Shown: positions 29,708-43,669 of the stretch, piece after piece | Position numbering within the stretch: the first letter of the stretch is position 1 | How the letters are laid out: each line of letters begins with the position of its first letter | Assembly: GCA_012295275.1 (NCBI GenBank) | Contig: CM022666.1 | Span: 1,984,001-2,048,000 of the forward strand | DNA from: Chrysomallon squamiferum | Taxonomy: Eukaryota; Animalia; Mollusca | Direction of reading: 5' to 3' | DNA: 64,000 nt | Notes under the pieces: generated by a model | The model's database searches: none | What the model was told of the DNA's origin: nothing | What the model saw: the letters and a program-made list of their open reading frames with translations, nothing else | Made by a program: the position numbers and the translations under genes

Positions 29708-30047
29708 CATACATACATATAGACAGACATATATACATGCATACAAACACACACACACACATATACTCACACTCTTACCTTACCTGCATTCAACAAACGG
29801 CTACTTTCAAAATGTAAATATTCAGATATTTTGTTTTGATTGCCGACATTGTTTTATTTATCACATACACCTAGAGGCGGTTTGTGAAAACCACTGACAC
29901 TGAATAACAACAACAAACACCCAAAACCTAAACCTAAAACAACAGTCTTCCCACGTCACTGCGCGCGCATCTTTTCACATTTGTTTTTCCCGTTACAACC
30001 ACAACCTCACAAAGAGAGTTTATCAAAGTCCGTGGTAAGTGGATTCC

Positions 30048-30079
<32 letters not shown>

Positions 30080-30309
30080 AAATTATTTAAAAATGAAGTA
30101 AACACGTCTTATTTGACTCTGTAAGGAGTTTGTTACAACATTACTGTCCCCTGACAATGTAAAACTCTGGATCTCACTCTCTCTAAATATACACAACAAC
30201 GAAAAATGAATTACCACGCTACCCAGAATATACACCATTTTCTTGGGCCACTAGAAGACCATGGAAACTGCCCAGTGTGAGCGTGCTTTAAGACCGCCCA
30301 GGTCGTTTT

Positions 30310-30535
30310 TACGTGGTTAAGAACTACTCAGAGAGAGAGAGGAAACCCGCTGCCGTTACTCTTTCGTATTAGCAGCAAAGAAGCTTTTATACGCACCTTC
30401 CCAGTGACAGGAGAAAACAAACGATGATCTCTCTGACATTAGTTGAGGAGCTCAGTCTGGAACGAGAGATAGTTTAATGGGTATTTCAAGAGCTATCGAT
30501 CCGAGGACTAATCATACCATTGAGTGGGCGTCATG
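30310..30535 (-). mobile_element. Degenerate tRNA-derived SINE, MetaSINE-like central domain
   Basis: Minus strand reads ...ggatcgatag (B-box-like)...ctatctctcgttccag...gggaaggtgcgtataaaagcttctttgctgctaatacgaaagagtaacggcagcgggtttcctctctc...cttaacca. This resembles from memory a widespread metazoan/mollusc SINE core (GGGATGGTGCATATAAAAGATCCCTTGCTGCTAATCGAAAAGAGTAG...GCAGCGGGTTTCCTCTC). The family name is unverified. Confidence 0.65.
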
Positions 30536-31435
30536 TCATAGGACAGACAAGTTATTCATAATAATTTGTACATTACATGTCTTTTGCTCCTAATACATTT
30601 TTTTAAAAAAAAAATAAAAAAAAAATCTGAAGATTATGTTTTAGAAAAAGCAGATGTTTGACATCCATAAGCTGCTTATAGAATATTCATGAAACCGTTC
30701 AGTGATTGATGTCATTAACAAAAACAAAACAAAATGTCTGACATTCAGGCGCTGACGATAGAAAATACATTTGTTCTAGTAGTGTTATTAAATAAATGTT
30801 TGATACTCGATAGCTGATGATGATTGTTTGAGTATTTTAATGATGACCTAGCGGTATCGCTTAAGTACAAACGAAACCATATAAAAATAAATAAATAAAT
30901 AAATAAACAAACAAAAACTTGAAAGAAAATAATTAAAAAAAAACCCAAAACAGACTTTAACATTTGCTCTCGTTTTTCATCTGTTTCTTTTCGCGTTTCC
31001 AGTTTCTGTTTTCGTGGTGAAGTTGTTCTGGGAAAAGTCGCAAAACGTGACATTTGTGAATGAGTCACGTGTCACTGTAGACATGCTGCTGGTGTGGGCA
31101 TGTCATCATTTGTATCGTAGTTGAAAGTGTGCGTATGTTTTGTAACATGTAATAATTATTTACACGTGTGTGTGTATATATGTGTGCGTGTGTGTGTGTG
31201 TGTGTGAGTGTGTGTGTGTGTGAGTGTGTCTTTGTGTGTGTTTCTACTAACAGAATGCACGCTACAGAACTAAATACCGCGCTATCACAATTACAGTGGG
31301 TGTGTCTTATTTCCCCATTGTTTCGGACAGCGACCTTTGACCTTCTGAAGAATTGTGTTGACTTGAGGAACTGTTTACAGTTACAGTTATATATCTATAT
31401 ATTTATATATAGATATATGTGTGTGTGTATGTGTG

Positions 31436-31468
<33 letters not shown>

Positions 31469-31635
31469 TTATTATCTTTCTTTCTAATTAATATTAATAT
31501 TTTTTAATTATTATTAATTAATTTATTTATTTATTTATTTGTATATATGTGTGTGTGTGTGTGTTTTATTTTCTTTCTTTCTTTCTTTCTAATTAATATT
31601 TATTAATTATTTTGTTTAAATTATTATTAACTGAT

Positions 31636-31674
<39 letters not shown>

Positions 31675-32806
31675 TTTTATTTGTTTGTTTATTTACAATT
31701 TTTTTTTTTTTTTTTTTTATTAATATTGTTTTTTAATTTGTCCACTCCCCTATTCACCAGCTCGTGTTACGGTGACCATTTTAAATAAACATATTCATTT
31801 CACTATTTTACTGAAAATTTGGATCCAGGTTTTTCACTTTCGGATCAATTCACTGAAACATACAACATCAATCAAACCTGATTAAAGATAAACATTAATT
31901 TTCTCCGCACAGATGTTGCCCAGAAATCGAAGAAAAAAAAAAAAAAAACAATTCCTGACATTAAAAATATAATTAAAACAATACAGAGGGGCAGTTTTAT
32001 TTAATACATAACTTTACTGCAGAACATGCATGTTTATAAGGTTTATTGATACAGCTATTTCAAAACGAGTTCTGAACTTTTTTTTTTTTTTTTAAAAAAT
32101 AATTTATTCACTGGGGATGTGTTTAAAATAATAAATATGTCTTGTTATATATAACGGTTTCGTCTGGGTCGATATAAATAATATTTGTCAGTGCGGTATG
32201 TTGTTATATGTGGCCCGTCAAAGCACGAATATAAATTAAAAACAATAATAATAATAATAATTAAGTAAATAAATATAATAAATAACTGAGTAATTAAATA
32301 AATAAATAACTGAATGAATAAATAAATAAATAAATAAATCTGTTTGTGTCTGTATTAGCTTGTTGGAGAATTTGTGTGTGTGGGTGTGTGTGTGTTTATA
32401 TGTGTGAGTGTTTGTGTACGTATGTATATATTGTATAAATATACACTTGTTGACTTGAAATACTTTGACATTCTAGAAAATGACATTCGAGATTTAGAGA
32501 GTTTTCTCTGTTTGTGTTTGTCGTGTGTGTGTGTACGTGTGTGTGTGTGTGTCTGTGTGTGTGTGGATGTGGCTGTGTGTGTGTGTGTGTCTGTGTTGTA
32601 TATATTGTGGGGGGAATGAAACAATCTATTAACAAATTAAGCGCGTACAAACGAACCTACCAACCACAGTGAAAACGTGATTGATTAAACTGAATTTTCT
32701 CTGGAATGTTAGAATACGTTTTTGCCTTGCGGCTTTATAATAATATATCATGCATGTGTTATATGGTACAGGTATATTATTGTACAGTTCTTATTCGACT
32801 TATAAT

Positions 32807-32837
<31 letters not shown>

Positions 32838-34792
32838 TTTTAAAAATATATATTTATTTATAATGATGTATATAGTTTTATTTGAATTATTCTGTAACAA
32901 TCATATTCTTTTTACCTAAATATACTAAACAGCCAGTTTTAGCACCAAAACAAGAAGGTCATTCGGTTCATAATTATATATATATATATATGTATGTATG
33001 TATATACAGAGAGAGAGAGAGAGAGAGAGATTGAGATTTCGCGATTTATTGTTACCACACCCTTTTTTTAAAAATAATCAGATTCGCTTTTATTTTCCTT
33101 AACCATCTGCACGTGGACGTTTTACTGCGTCGTTAAACGCTTCTTCTTTTATACAACACCCACTGGCGAAAGGCAAAACCAAAAAAAAAAAATTGGAACA
33201 ATCTGGTGTTCTCACAAAGAAGACAGCTGAGCTGAAACTCGATTCCGGGTTTCAAAGACGTTTTTGACATTCTAGAAGAACCGGCCCGTGAGAGAAAAAA
33301 AAAAAAAAAAGAACTTCTTTATCTGGAAAAATTCTACAACACTGAATTTTGTTTACTAGCCTGGTACTCAGGTCCCTCGTTCATTTTCCTATCCGGTCAG
33401 ATATCTGCGTGTTGGCTAGGCGGAACACGTTCCGGGGTCCCAGTGTAAATAGATCAAATTGGTTTGCGTTGACCACAAAGCCTCTTGAACAAAGATTTCG
33501 TTTGGCCACTTTATTCCGCGGAACTTGAAGTAGATGCAGGACTTGTAGGACGTATTTTAGTTTCAATTAACCAAATAATTCTGTTTCTTCCCCTGTTCGT
33601 CTTCTTTCTTTTCTTTTTTTTTGTTCCAGTGTCCTTTTTGTCTTTCTTTCCTTCTTTCTTTCTTCTTGTACTTCTTATTTTTCTTTTTTCTTCCTTTTTA
33701 AAAAAAAATATTTTTTCGTTTTATTTTTCGTTTTATTTATTTATTTTTTTTTTTTTTTTTTTTTAATTTTTTTTTTTTTTTTTTTTTTTTTTTTGGTTCG
33801 ATTTCTTTTTCTTTTTTTTTTCTTTTTCTTTATGTTTTCTCCTCTCCTCTTTTCTTTTTTCTTTCTTTTCAATTTATTAATCTGTTCGACACAACTGACG
33901 ACAAAGCCGTTAAAAATAAAACAAAAAAATGTTTTTGACGTTTTCAAATTTCTGTTATATTTTGATCCCTAGAACGTTAATATTTCAGTTTAAACACATT
34001 TGTGTGTGTCGTGTGTACATGATGTGTGTGTCTATATATGTGTTTAAACTGAAACATCATTAACACCTACATTTCATGGCTCAAATTATAACAGAAATTA
34101 TATATATATATATATATAAATTTCATTTCAAACTGAATGTTATAAATTATTTACAAAGCACCAATGTCTTAGCACTTTCATTCTGAACTGTGTGAAATCT
34201 GTTCTCGGTAGATAAGACAAAAAACAGCAAAGTTTATGTTAGAAAGATAGCTTTGCATTAGCACAGTTCTCAATAGTTCTTTCATAATGCGGACACCTTC
34301 TTACGTCATCATTTACCGAAAACCATAGATAATAAACAAAATAATAATTCAAAAATTACATATATATATATATATATATATATATTATTCTAAACTGTAT
34401 GCACTTTGGTTCGGACTGAGCGATAAGGTGGGCGAATCCAGAACGTTTTTTCAGTAGGTGTTCACAATGCTGAATTGAGGCCAGTGGTTAGCGGTATAAA
34501 AATAGACTTGAAATCGTCTCTTTATTTGCTCAAGGACGGTAATAAACGTTATCTATATTGCACTGCATCGCGCACGAGTGTATTATATCAATTTTATTTC
34601 ACTGCTTTATACAGGCGAATTTACGTCTGTATTTTACGAGTAGATAGCATCTTGAATTTCTAGTTACGTTCCTTTTTTTTATTCTTTATTTATATATTTT
34701 TTATTTAATTTAATTGTTTTTTTTTTTTTTTTTTTTTTTTTTTTTGTGTAATGGTATTTTCGGTTGAATATTGCATATTACCTAGGTCTGAA

Positions 34793-34829
<37 letters not shown>

Positions 34830-36703
34830 GAATTTTTTTAGAAGGAAAATAAAAGAAAACGAAACAAAATGGCGTCGATATCTGAACAACACTGGTTTCC
34901 CCACATTGCTACGCTTAGGTCACTGTGTGCTTAACCCTGCTAACTGTTGAGTGAATTATTAAACACACCGAGTTGCCAGTCAGTTTATTTCGCACACGTG
35001 CACGCGACCGACGTCATCCATTATTAACAACATATTGACTAATAAATGTTGTTTGGTCAGATGCGCGTTGCACATCTACTTCTTCCTCTTCTGTACTGTT
35101 GTTGTTGTAGTTGTTGCTGCTGTTATTATTGCTATTGCAGTTGTTCTACATCTTGTTTAGGATGCTGCTGCTGTAGCTGCCGTTCTAGCTGCTGCTATTA
35201 TTGTTGTTGTTGTAGTTGTTGTTGTCGTTGTCATCATCATTGTCGTGGTCATCATCATCATTATTTTTATCGTTATTATTATTACTATTATTATTACCAT
35301 TATTATTATTGTTGGTGTTGGTGGTGTTGTGGTTGTTGTTGTTGTTACAGTCATTATAATTACTACTTATATAAACACATACCAGACACGACACAACAAT
35401 CATATTTATCTCTATCGCAAACAATTCAACTTCAGAAACTAACGAATAACATCATTTGTCAAACGTTAATTCGAAACATCAACTTTATTTTAATGTATCA
35501 AATGAACACAAACATGTACACACTTAAACTACACAGCGTGTAATATGGAGTTTGGCAGCCTTCTGCTCTTGTTTAGAAAACCAAATCTGTGGAATGTTTT
35601 CCAGTCTGAAGTTTACTTTTAGGATTTGATTGTTGTTTTGTGTAAGTAACGTGTTTGTTTTGCTGATTTTCCGTTTAAATTTATTCATTAAACAGTTATT
35701 TTATATTATTATTATTATTGTTGTTGTTGTGGTTGTTGTGGTTGTGGTTGTGGTTGTGGTGGTGGTTTCTGCTGCTGCTGCTGTCGTTTGTGTATTTAAT
35801 TTTATTCTGCTGTTATTTTCGGTTTGTGTAATTAATGTATTTATTTTTCTTCTGTGTGAGGTCATAAAAATAACATCATTCTTTTAACTGCATATTTATT
35901 TTATCACTGGCATTTGCTACTGTTAAACTGTGACATGAATGTGTGTGCATGTGTCCATTTATTTATATGTATGTACATATACACGTGCATATAAATATAC
36001 ATACATACACACACACATAAGTACATATATATATATGTCTCTGTGTGTGTGTATCCATACGTACATACAAAGACGTATACACATACATACATAGATATAA
36101 ATAAAGAAATGGACTTTGAACGGAAGCCTGTACGAGTTTAGATAGTAAATACAGGTTATAATTGCACGTGTTAAAAGTTGACGTTTTCGTGCTTGTTATT
36201 GTAAATACAACTTGTCAACACTTGTTTCAACTCTGACCTTTAACTGTGTGACCTGGTGGTGCCATAGACTTGCGCAGGGACGTTTAGGCATACTGTAAAA
36301 CAAAATAATAGTATTGCAACTAGATTTTTTCTTGGTATAAAATTAATAAGAGACAGGAAGAGAATGATAGAGAAAAGAGCGGGAAAAAGAGAGCCAGAGA
36401 GAGAGAGAAAAAGACAGAGACAGAGAGAGGGACAGAGAGACAGGCGGAGCAAAAGACAGGGAGAAAGAGACAGGGGGGTATTCTACCCGCCGCTGCAAAA
36501 GATAATTATGTAAAGATTGAATAAAACGGTAGCGAGAATAGTTTAATATTAAAGTTAGATGTCAAATATTTGACATATTAATCTTGTGACACATCATATA
36601 CAGTGGTATTCCAAACTAATGTAACAGTTATAATATACACTCAATTACTAAATATTATACACTTGCACATTATTATTGTTACTACGTAACTATTATATCT
36701 AAA

Positions 36704-37036
36704 TATGTAAAGCAGTGCTTAACTTTTTGGCCTCAGTATACCTGGACGCAATGTTATTATTACGACATGATTATGGAAAGCTATGCTTAACTTTTTGGTC
36801 TCAGTATACTTGGACGCGTTGTTATTATTACGACATGATTATGTAAAGCTATGCTTAACTTTTTGGTCTCAGTATACGTGGACGTGCTATTATTACGACA
36901 TGATTATGTAAAGCTATGCTTAACTTTTTGGTCTCAGTATACCGGGACGCGCTGTTATTACGACATGATTACGTGGAAAGCAGTGCTTAACTTTTTGTCT
37001 CAGTATCGGGAGTATACGTGGACGTATACGTGGACG
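36704..37036. repeat. ~65-68-bp minisatellite, about 5 copies, just upstream of exon B
   Basis: tgcttaacttttt...ctcagtat starts at 36716, 36784, 36852, 36917 and 36984; the first four units continue ggacg...tattacgacatgatta. Confidence 0.9.
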
Positions 37037-37247
37037 TTGGTCTATGAGAGGCAGGAACCGCGTCACATCCCACTTCAAAACTGTGATTCAGTTGAGGGCG
37101 CAGACTTATTTTTATACCACATATATATGTGTGTGTTTCCTACTTTCTCCATAGTCATTTTGAAGTAGTGCTGTTCTACTAAAACTTACTTTACTGAAAG
37201 AGGAATTAAGAGTATTGTCGTTGTCGTCGTCGTTGCTGCTGTCGCAA

Positions 37248-37602
37248 ATGGTAAAGAAGACGCTGTCGGTAATAGTGACTGTTTCGCTGGTGGTTGCTGT
37301 CGTACTCGAGGTAGCCGGCTCCTTCGTGTCGACGTGGTCGCTCACGCAGATGACCGTTAATGGCACGTTGCCAATTGTTGACGACGATGCTGTCGTTGAC
37401 GTCGGAAGCAGTTTGTGGACGACGAGACGTTGTCTGAAACACGTCGAGTGCACCGTGATTACGAAGCGAATTAAGTACGTATCACGGCACTGTACGGTGC
37501 ATTCCGATAATTCACGAACATGTACGGAAAGAACCGAGTTCAAGCGAAAAAATCGCACCTTATGCTGGGAGCATCATAACTGCAACACAACTTTTGTTCA
37601 AG
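37248..37602 (+). CDS. Claudin/PMP22-like tetraspan protein, alternative N-terminal coding exon B (paralog of exon A)
   Basis: ATG at 37248. Translation MVKKTLSVIVTVSLVVAVVLEVAGSFVSTW...VGSSLWTTRRCLKHVEC...CWEHHNCNTTFVQ aligns with exon A at VAVxLExAGSF, W, SLWT, six Cys and CNTT. Donor CAAG|GTCAGT after 37602 (phase 1). Confidence 0.88.
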
Positions 37603-38518
37603 GTCAGTAATCGTAATGGAAGTGTTATCTGAAATAACATGTATTTGTCATTGTATATTTTCTGTTCATATATAGGCATATATAGTTTACTTGTTTCTTT
37701 GTATGTCTGGGTGAGGTCGTGATATGTGTGTGTGTTTTTTTGGAAAGTTCTTTCACAGTTATGTTCACCAAATCTGTTTCAAGCAAAACCATTATAAATT
37801 TAACTAGGTCCATCCCTCACAATTATATTTCCACATAATATTAATTAATTAGAATGTACAAGTGTTTGTGTGTATATGTATATCTGTGTGTGTATGTATG
37901 GCCGTACGTATGTATGCATGAATATGTATATGTATGTAAAGTACGTAGGTACGCACATACGTATTAAGTACATAAAAAGAATTCAATTAAAAAAAAAAAA
38001 ACTAAACCTTTCTGTACTCTTTTTTTACGAGACACATAAATCAAACATTGGCTTTTGAAATAATTACACATAATTAATGTGCAGACTGTTTGATACCTCA
38101 ATTGCTTCTCTGCTAATGTATTGCAATTATGTGTCATTTGCTGGTTAACTGTTTCTGTTATTTCATAATGTGTACAAATACACACGAATGTAATAATGTT
38201 CATTCTGACCCACGACAAATATGGCTAAAGCACGTAAAGGATTTCACCCAACCCAAACTGTCGTAAATTACTGGAATAATTTCGCTCTTCCGTTACGTTA
38301 ACAGAAGCAAAACAAACGTAAAACTGTGTGGAACTTGTCACCACATCCTAGTGCGTATACTGCATTGTCACGTAAGTGAAAAGATACGTCAGTGTGTGAC
38401 ACTTGTGTGACAAGATCACCCACCACAGTGTAAAACTATTGTGTGATGTATAGCTCTAGTTATGACACTTGTGTGACACGTAATACGACAGTGAATCGAT
38501 TATTGGATGTTTAATAAA

Positions 38519-38606
<88 letters not shown>

Positions 38607-38864
38607 TTAAGAGAATGACTAGTGTGTCTATAGGAAAGGCGTGTCTGAATGTACATTCACGAATCTTAAATGTAGATAATAATAACAAATCTTTCATTCT
38701 CTGTTTCAAATTTTGAATGTTTTAGATCACAAGACTGAAAGTAATTATCATGACAGTCTTTAAAGTAGTAAATGTATAATTAATTTATTATAAAAAAAAA
38801 AATAAATAAATAAAAAAAAAAATAAAATAATGATCGAACGAACAAAAAAAAATCATAGGCTGTA

Positions 38865-38899
<35 letters not shown>

Positions 38900-39374
38900 A
38901 AGAAAATAAAGAAAAAGAAAAGATAATAAAGAAACAGAAATAAAAACAGACAGAGTTCTGTGATGTATAAAATTGATATATCTGGAACATTTGCGAGCTT
39001 TTACGACCTTTCTCTGTCGACCGCGTTACACATCGATTTACAATAACGCACCGGACTTGCTGCCGAGAAATTCATCCGCCACAGCAAGCCCACCTGTCGC
39101 TAGAATACCCATTAATTGGTGGACGTGGTCTCCAGAAAAGTGCTTAACAGGTCTTCGAGCTTTAATGACCAATTCAGCCCTCACGAAAATAGTATCATCG
39201 GATCGACTACAAGACTGTTGATTTTTTTCTCTTCTTTTTTTTTTTTTTTTTTTTTTTTTTTGCCACCGAAACTACCCACGGATTGGCTTCATTACAGGTG
39301 TTGTTAAGCATTAAATCGAGATCGGTATCGATCGGTAATTTCCGTGAGTGTGTATAGTCTCGATTTCGTAGGGA

Positions 39375-39412
<38 letters not shown>

Positions 39413-40259
39413 GTCCTCAAATGTTTTTGGGGTTTCTAACGTTTTTAGAAAATGTTCAGTATGTAAATAGATATTAAAAATAATTTACTGGCCTTTATTC
39501 GCCAGAAAGAAAAAAAAAAAATAGTATTAATGTCAAACCTGATATTAAAAGGATGTTCATAAATGTATCGTAAACAAAAATGACAAAACACAAATCGTCC
39601 GCGAATTATCCTTCTGTAAGAATTATCTCTTTCTGTCTGTTGTGTGTTTTTGTGTGATTTTTCAAATTTTATTTCTGCACCATTTAGACAGAAAAAAACC
39701 AGTCTTTAAAATGATGTACGACAGAGATGAATCTATTCACAAATCTGAGCGAACAAGCCAACTCTTTCGATACGTTAATATTACGTGTTTTCGTATCAAC
39801 TTAAACTCGCAGACATCTTACGTTGAAATCTGTCTCCTTCGTTTATCGTAAAACCTATAATTATCTAAAAACAAACAGTGGTCATCTCATACAAAGTTAA
39901 TATATTAAAATAAAAAAAAAATAATAATAATAAAAATAAAAATCTGCTAATACTATTATAACTTTCACAATATCTTCCTGTGTTAGATGTGTGACCTTAA
40001 TTCCGCCAATGTTTTGTTAACCCAGTTTTATGTGATTTGCTAATATTATCGTCTACGGTGTTTTTTTTCTTAAGTGTGAGATTTATGTCACGTTCTTTCG
40101 GGATGTTTTCTTTAGTGGCATAAGTGGATTTTAGACTGAACTGGCGAATGAATGTGTGTCTGTGTCTGTGTCTGTGTGAGTCTGTGTGTGTGTGTGTGTG
40201 TGTGTGTGTTTAGAAGAGTATTCAATATTTCATAAACAGGGTGAGGCAATATTGTAGAT

Positions 40260-40790
40260 AATGCACTACACAACACTATACTATTCTATGTTATGCTACA
40301 CTAATACTACACTACATTATGCCGTTTATACTAAACTAATACTATACTATACTATACCACACTACACTAAACTAGATTAATACTAATACTATGCTACACT
40401 AATCTACGCTACACTATACTATGCTACACTAATCCGTACTAGCGTATAGTCTGTGCTATTCTACACTTATAAAACTTCCCTATGTTATGCTACACTATAC
40501 TACATAACAATACTACACTATACTACATAACAGTACTAGACTACACTATACCATACGTCACTGTACTACTCTGCTGTACTACACGATGCCATCTAGTTCT
40601 ATACTATACCATTATACACTATAGTTACACTAGACTATGGTACCCTGTGATGTTCTATATAGCACTAGATAACACTACCCTACCACTCTACACTACATTT
40701 ACCACACAACACTAGACAACACTAGACTATACTAAACTGTATACACTAGACCTCGCCACACCCTCCTATACATAGCACAATGCAGCACAT
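40260..40790. repeat. Degenerate pentanucleotide satellite (CTACA/CTATA)n
   Basis: Runs such as ctacactaatactacactacattat and actatactatactataccacactacact. Confidence 0.75.
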
Positions 40791-41063
40791 AATTAAACAC
40801 ACTTACGCTAACAACAATAATACACCAACAGTGCACCTATTTCCGACATGCACTTGAAATACTAAATCGAGATTTTCGAGTACCGCCAGTCAATACACGA
40901 CAGAGAAAACAGTTGTACGTTCAATATTCACTTTCTTCCAAGTCTGCATGAACACGTTCTTGTTGGTTGTATTTCGATTCACTTCAAATTAGCCGGTTTT
41001 AGCACCAAAACAAGAAGGTCAATAGGTTCATAATCATGTATATATGTGTGTGTGTGTATATAC

Positions 41064-41172
<109 letters not shown>

Positions 41173-41880
41173 ATTTTCACTTAGTAGGTATCTATATATA
41201 TATATAAATGATTTTATGAATATGTGTATATGTGTATGAGTATTTGTATGAATGTATGTATGTTTGTGTGTATATATGTATGTACGTATGTATAGATATA
41301 TATAATTATGCATGTATATGTATGTTTGTAATGTGTGTATGCATATATCTATGTATGTATGTATTTTTATACATACATATATAAATATATATATATGTAT
41401 ATATATATGAATGCTAATGTATGTGTGTAGATACGTACATATATGTATATATGTAATAAATTATATATGTAAACCTGATGCAGTTATATATAATTTAGAT
41501 GGATATCGTTTGACGCTAACTGGCTAAGTGATTAATTTGAGGAGTACGGGGGTATTATCAGATCAGATTACGAACTGTCTCACAGTTAAAGCGATCGTTC
41601 ATGTCCGCATCAGGCTGCCAGGTCCAATATGTCGGTCAAACTTCGACGGAGCGAGAAATGACTTTGTCGCGTTTTATTCGTAACGTGGATCCATGTCAGT
41701 GCGACTTCGCGAAATACAGTGTTTTTCTTGATGTGGAAGAGAGATTATGATGTGTGTGTGTCTGTCTGTGTGTGTGTGTGTGTATGTCTGTGTGTGTGTG
41801 TGTATGTATGTGTGAGTGTATATATATATATATATATATTAAAATAAAAAGGACGGTGGATTTACATTTCTTAATATATT

Positions 41881-41956
<76 letters not shown>

Positions 41957-42330
41957 ATAAGAACAAAATGATGAAAAACTAACTGCAAATACAAAGTATG
42001 TTTATATTACTGAAATGAGGATGATAATATGGTTATAATAATTATTACTATTTCATTGGAATGTATGATTCTCAAAAAAAAAAAAAAAAAAAAAAAAAAC
42101 CGTTCTTTAGCCCTGCCTTTGCCCGCATCTGGTGCACGTGCAAACATGCAACATGCCGTCGTATTGTGTTGACAGATGCTGGATATTGCGGTTGACGTGG
42201 CTTACGGACAGACGAGTTGTCAGCAGATGTGTCGTCGTCGTCGTCGTTACTGAAAATATGTCACCACCTGCTCGCCACCCATGTTACTGTGGTCTGTTGT
42301 TTTGTATTGCGCAACATTTTGTTACATCTA

Positions 42331-42701
42331 AATATTATTCAATTTTCCTACCACGTATTATGCACTTACAATTAACACAGGTTGTTGTAGTTGCTGCTGT
42401 TATTACCGTTTAAATATTTACATGCATACATAAATACTTAGTTACATGCGTACATAATATATGCAGTGAAAGGTGTGTTAAAAGTATTTATTTTAGGTTT
42501 CGCAAAAATATTAATTCAATTTTTCTACCACGTGTTATGCACTTATAGTTATAGAGGTTGTTGTAGTTGCTGCTGTCATTACCGTTGCCATGTTTCATAT
42601 ATTTACATGCATACATAAATACTTAGTTGGTTAGTTACATACATAATATATGCAGTAAAAGGTCTAATAAAAGTATTTATTTTATGTGTCGCAAGAATAT
42701 T
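42331..42701. repeat. Diverged tandem duplication, ~180 bp x2
   Basis: ctaccacgt.ttatgcactta...ggttgttgtagttgctgctgt.attaccgtt...atatttacatgcatacataaatacttagtt...aaagtatttatttta occurs twice, from about 42331 and 42507. Confidence 0.88.
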
Positions 42702-43011
42702 TCTCTGCTCTTGTTCATATTCGTTTATTAATATATGTATTTTCCTTCACGGGTGTTGATCAAAAAGATTTTAGAGTTCACGGCTGACTGATCACAGATT
42801 TTGATCTTTGCGCGTGAAACGTTTACTTTTGCTCAGTGTAAAAAATATCGACACATTGAAAAGTTGTATTACGTGGCAGTCAACGATGTGACGTCATGAA
42901 ATGTGATATGGCGGAACTCTGCTATATGTATTATTGTCATTAATATTATTAGTATTAATACCATTACTACTACTACTACTACAATTGATGTTGGTGCTGC
43001 TGCTGCTGCTG

Positions 43012-43094
<83 letters not shown>

Positions 43095-43636
43095 TACATT
43101 TATTACTATAAATAAAAAAATAAAAATACAATCTCTATTTCTCAATAGCAGAATAAGGTGAAGCAGCCGAAGGTGCGTACGTTTAATGTATATATGACAG
43201 GTAACAATGAAATATACACCTAATTAAATAATTACTAATGTAACCACCTGATAACAACAGTAGACATAATTAATTAAAACCCGGATAAGCGTCAGTTTTA
43301 CATCCTAAACAAGCATTACGGTTTGCATAGCGACGCGTGTTTCCATGACAACGAATTTCTAAATAATTATTTAAGTGTGTAATTTAATAAGGTTTACGGT
43401 AATCGGATTTTCGGGGAGAGAAAGAGACAGCCAGGTAATTAATTAATTTGTATTTCTTCTGATCTTTTTAATCCTCCTATCTCAAACAAGATTTTATAAT
43501 AAATATAACGATATTAACAATAATGGGAATGTACGACGACCAAGAACACAATAGCAATACTAGTAATGATAATAATGATTATAATAATAGTGGTAGTTGT
43601 TATAGTAGAAGTAGTCGTACTTGTAATTAGGAATAC

Positions 43637-43669
<33 letters not shown>

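Noticed and set aside
35046-35543. Cys/His-rich 'metallothionein-like' ORF
   Set aside because: It is a translation of (TGT/TGC/CAT/TAT)n microsatellites.
36704-37036. CRISPR-like appearance of this repeat and those at 26003-26519
   Set aside because: Units are head-to-tail without unique spacers, the context is eukaryotic, and there are no cas genes.
37112-37558. Minus-strand ORFs overlapping exons (also 20887..21528, 21215..21571, 59116..59493)
   Set aside because: They are antisense shadows of GC-rich coding exons with no independent protein features.
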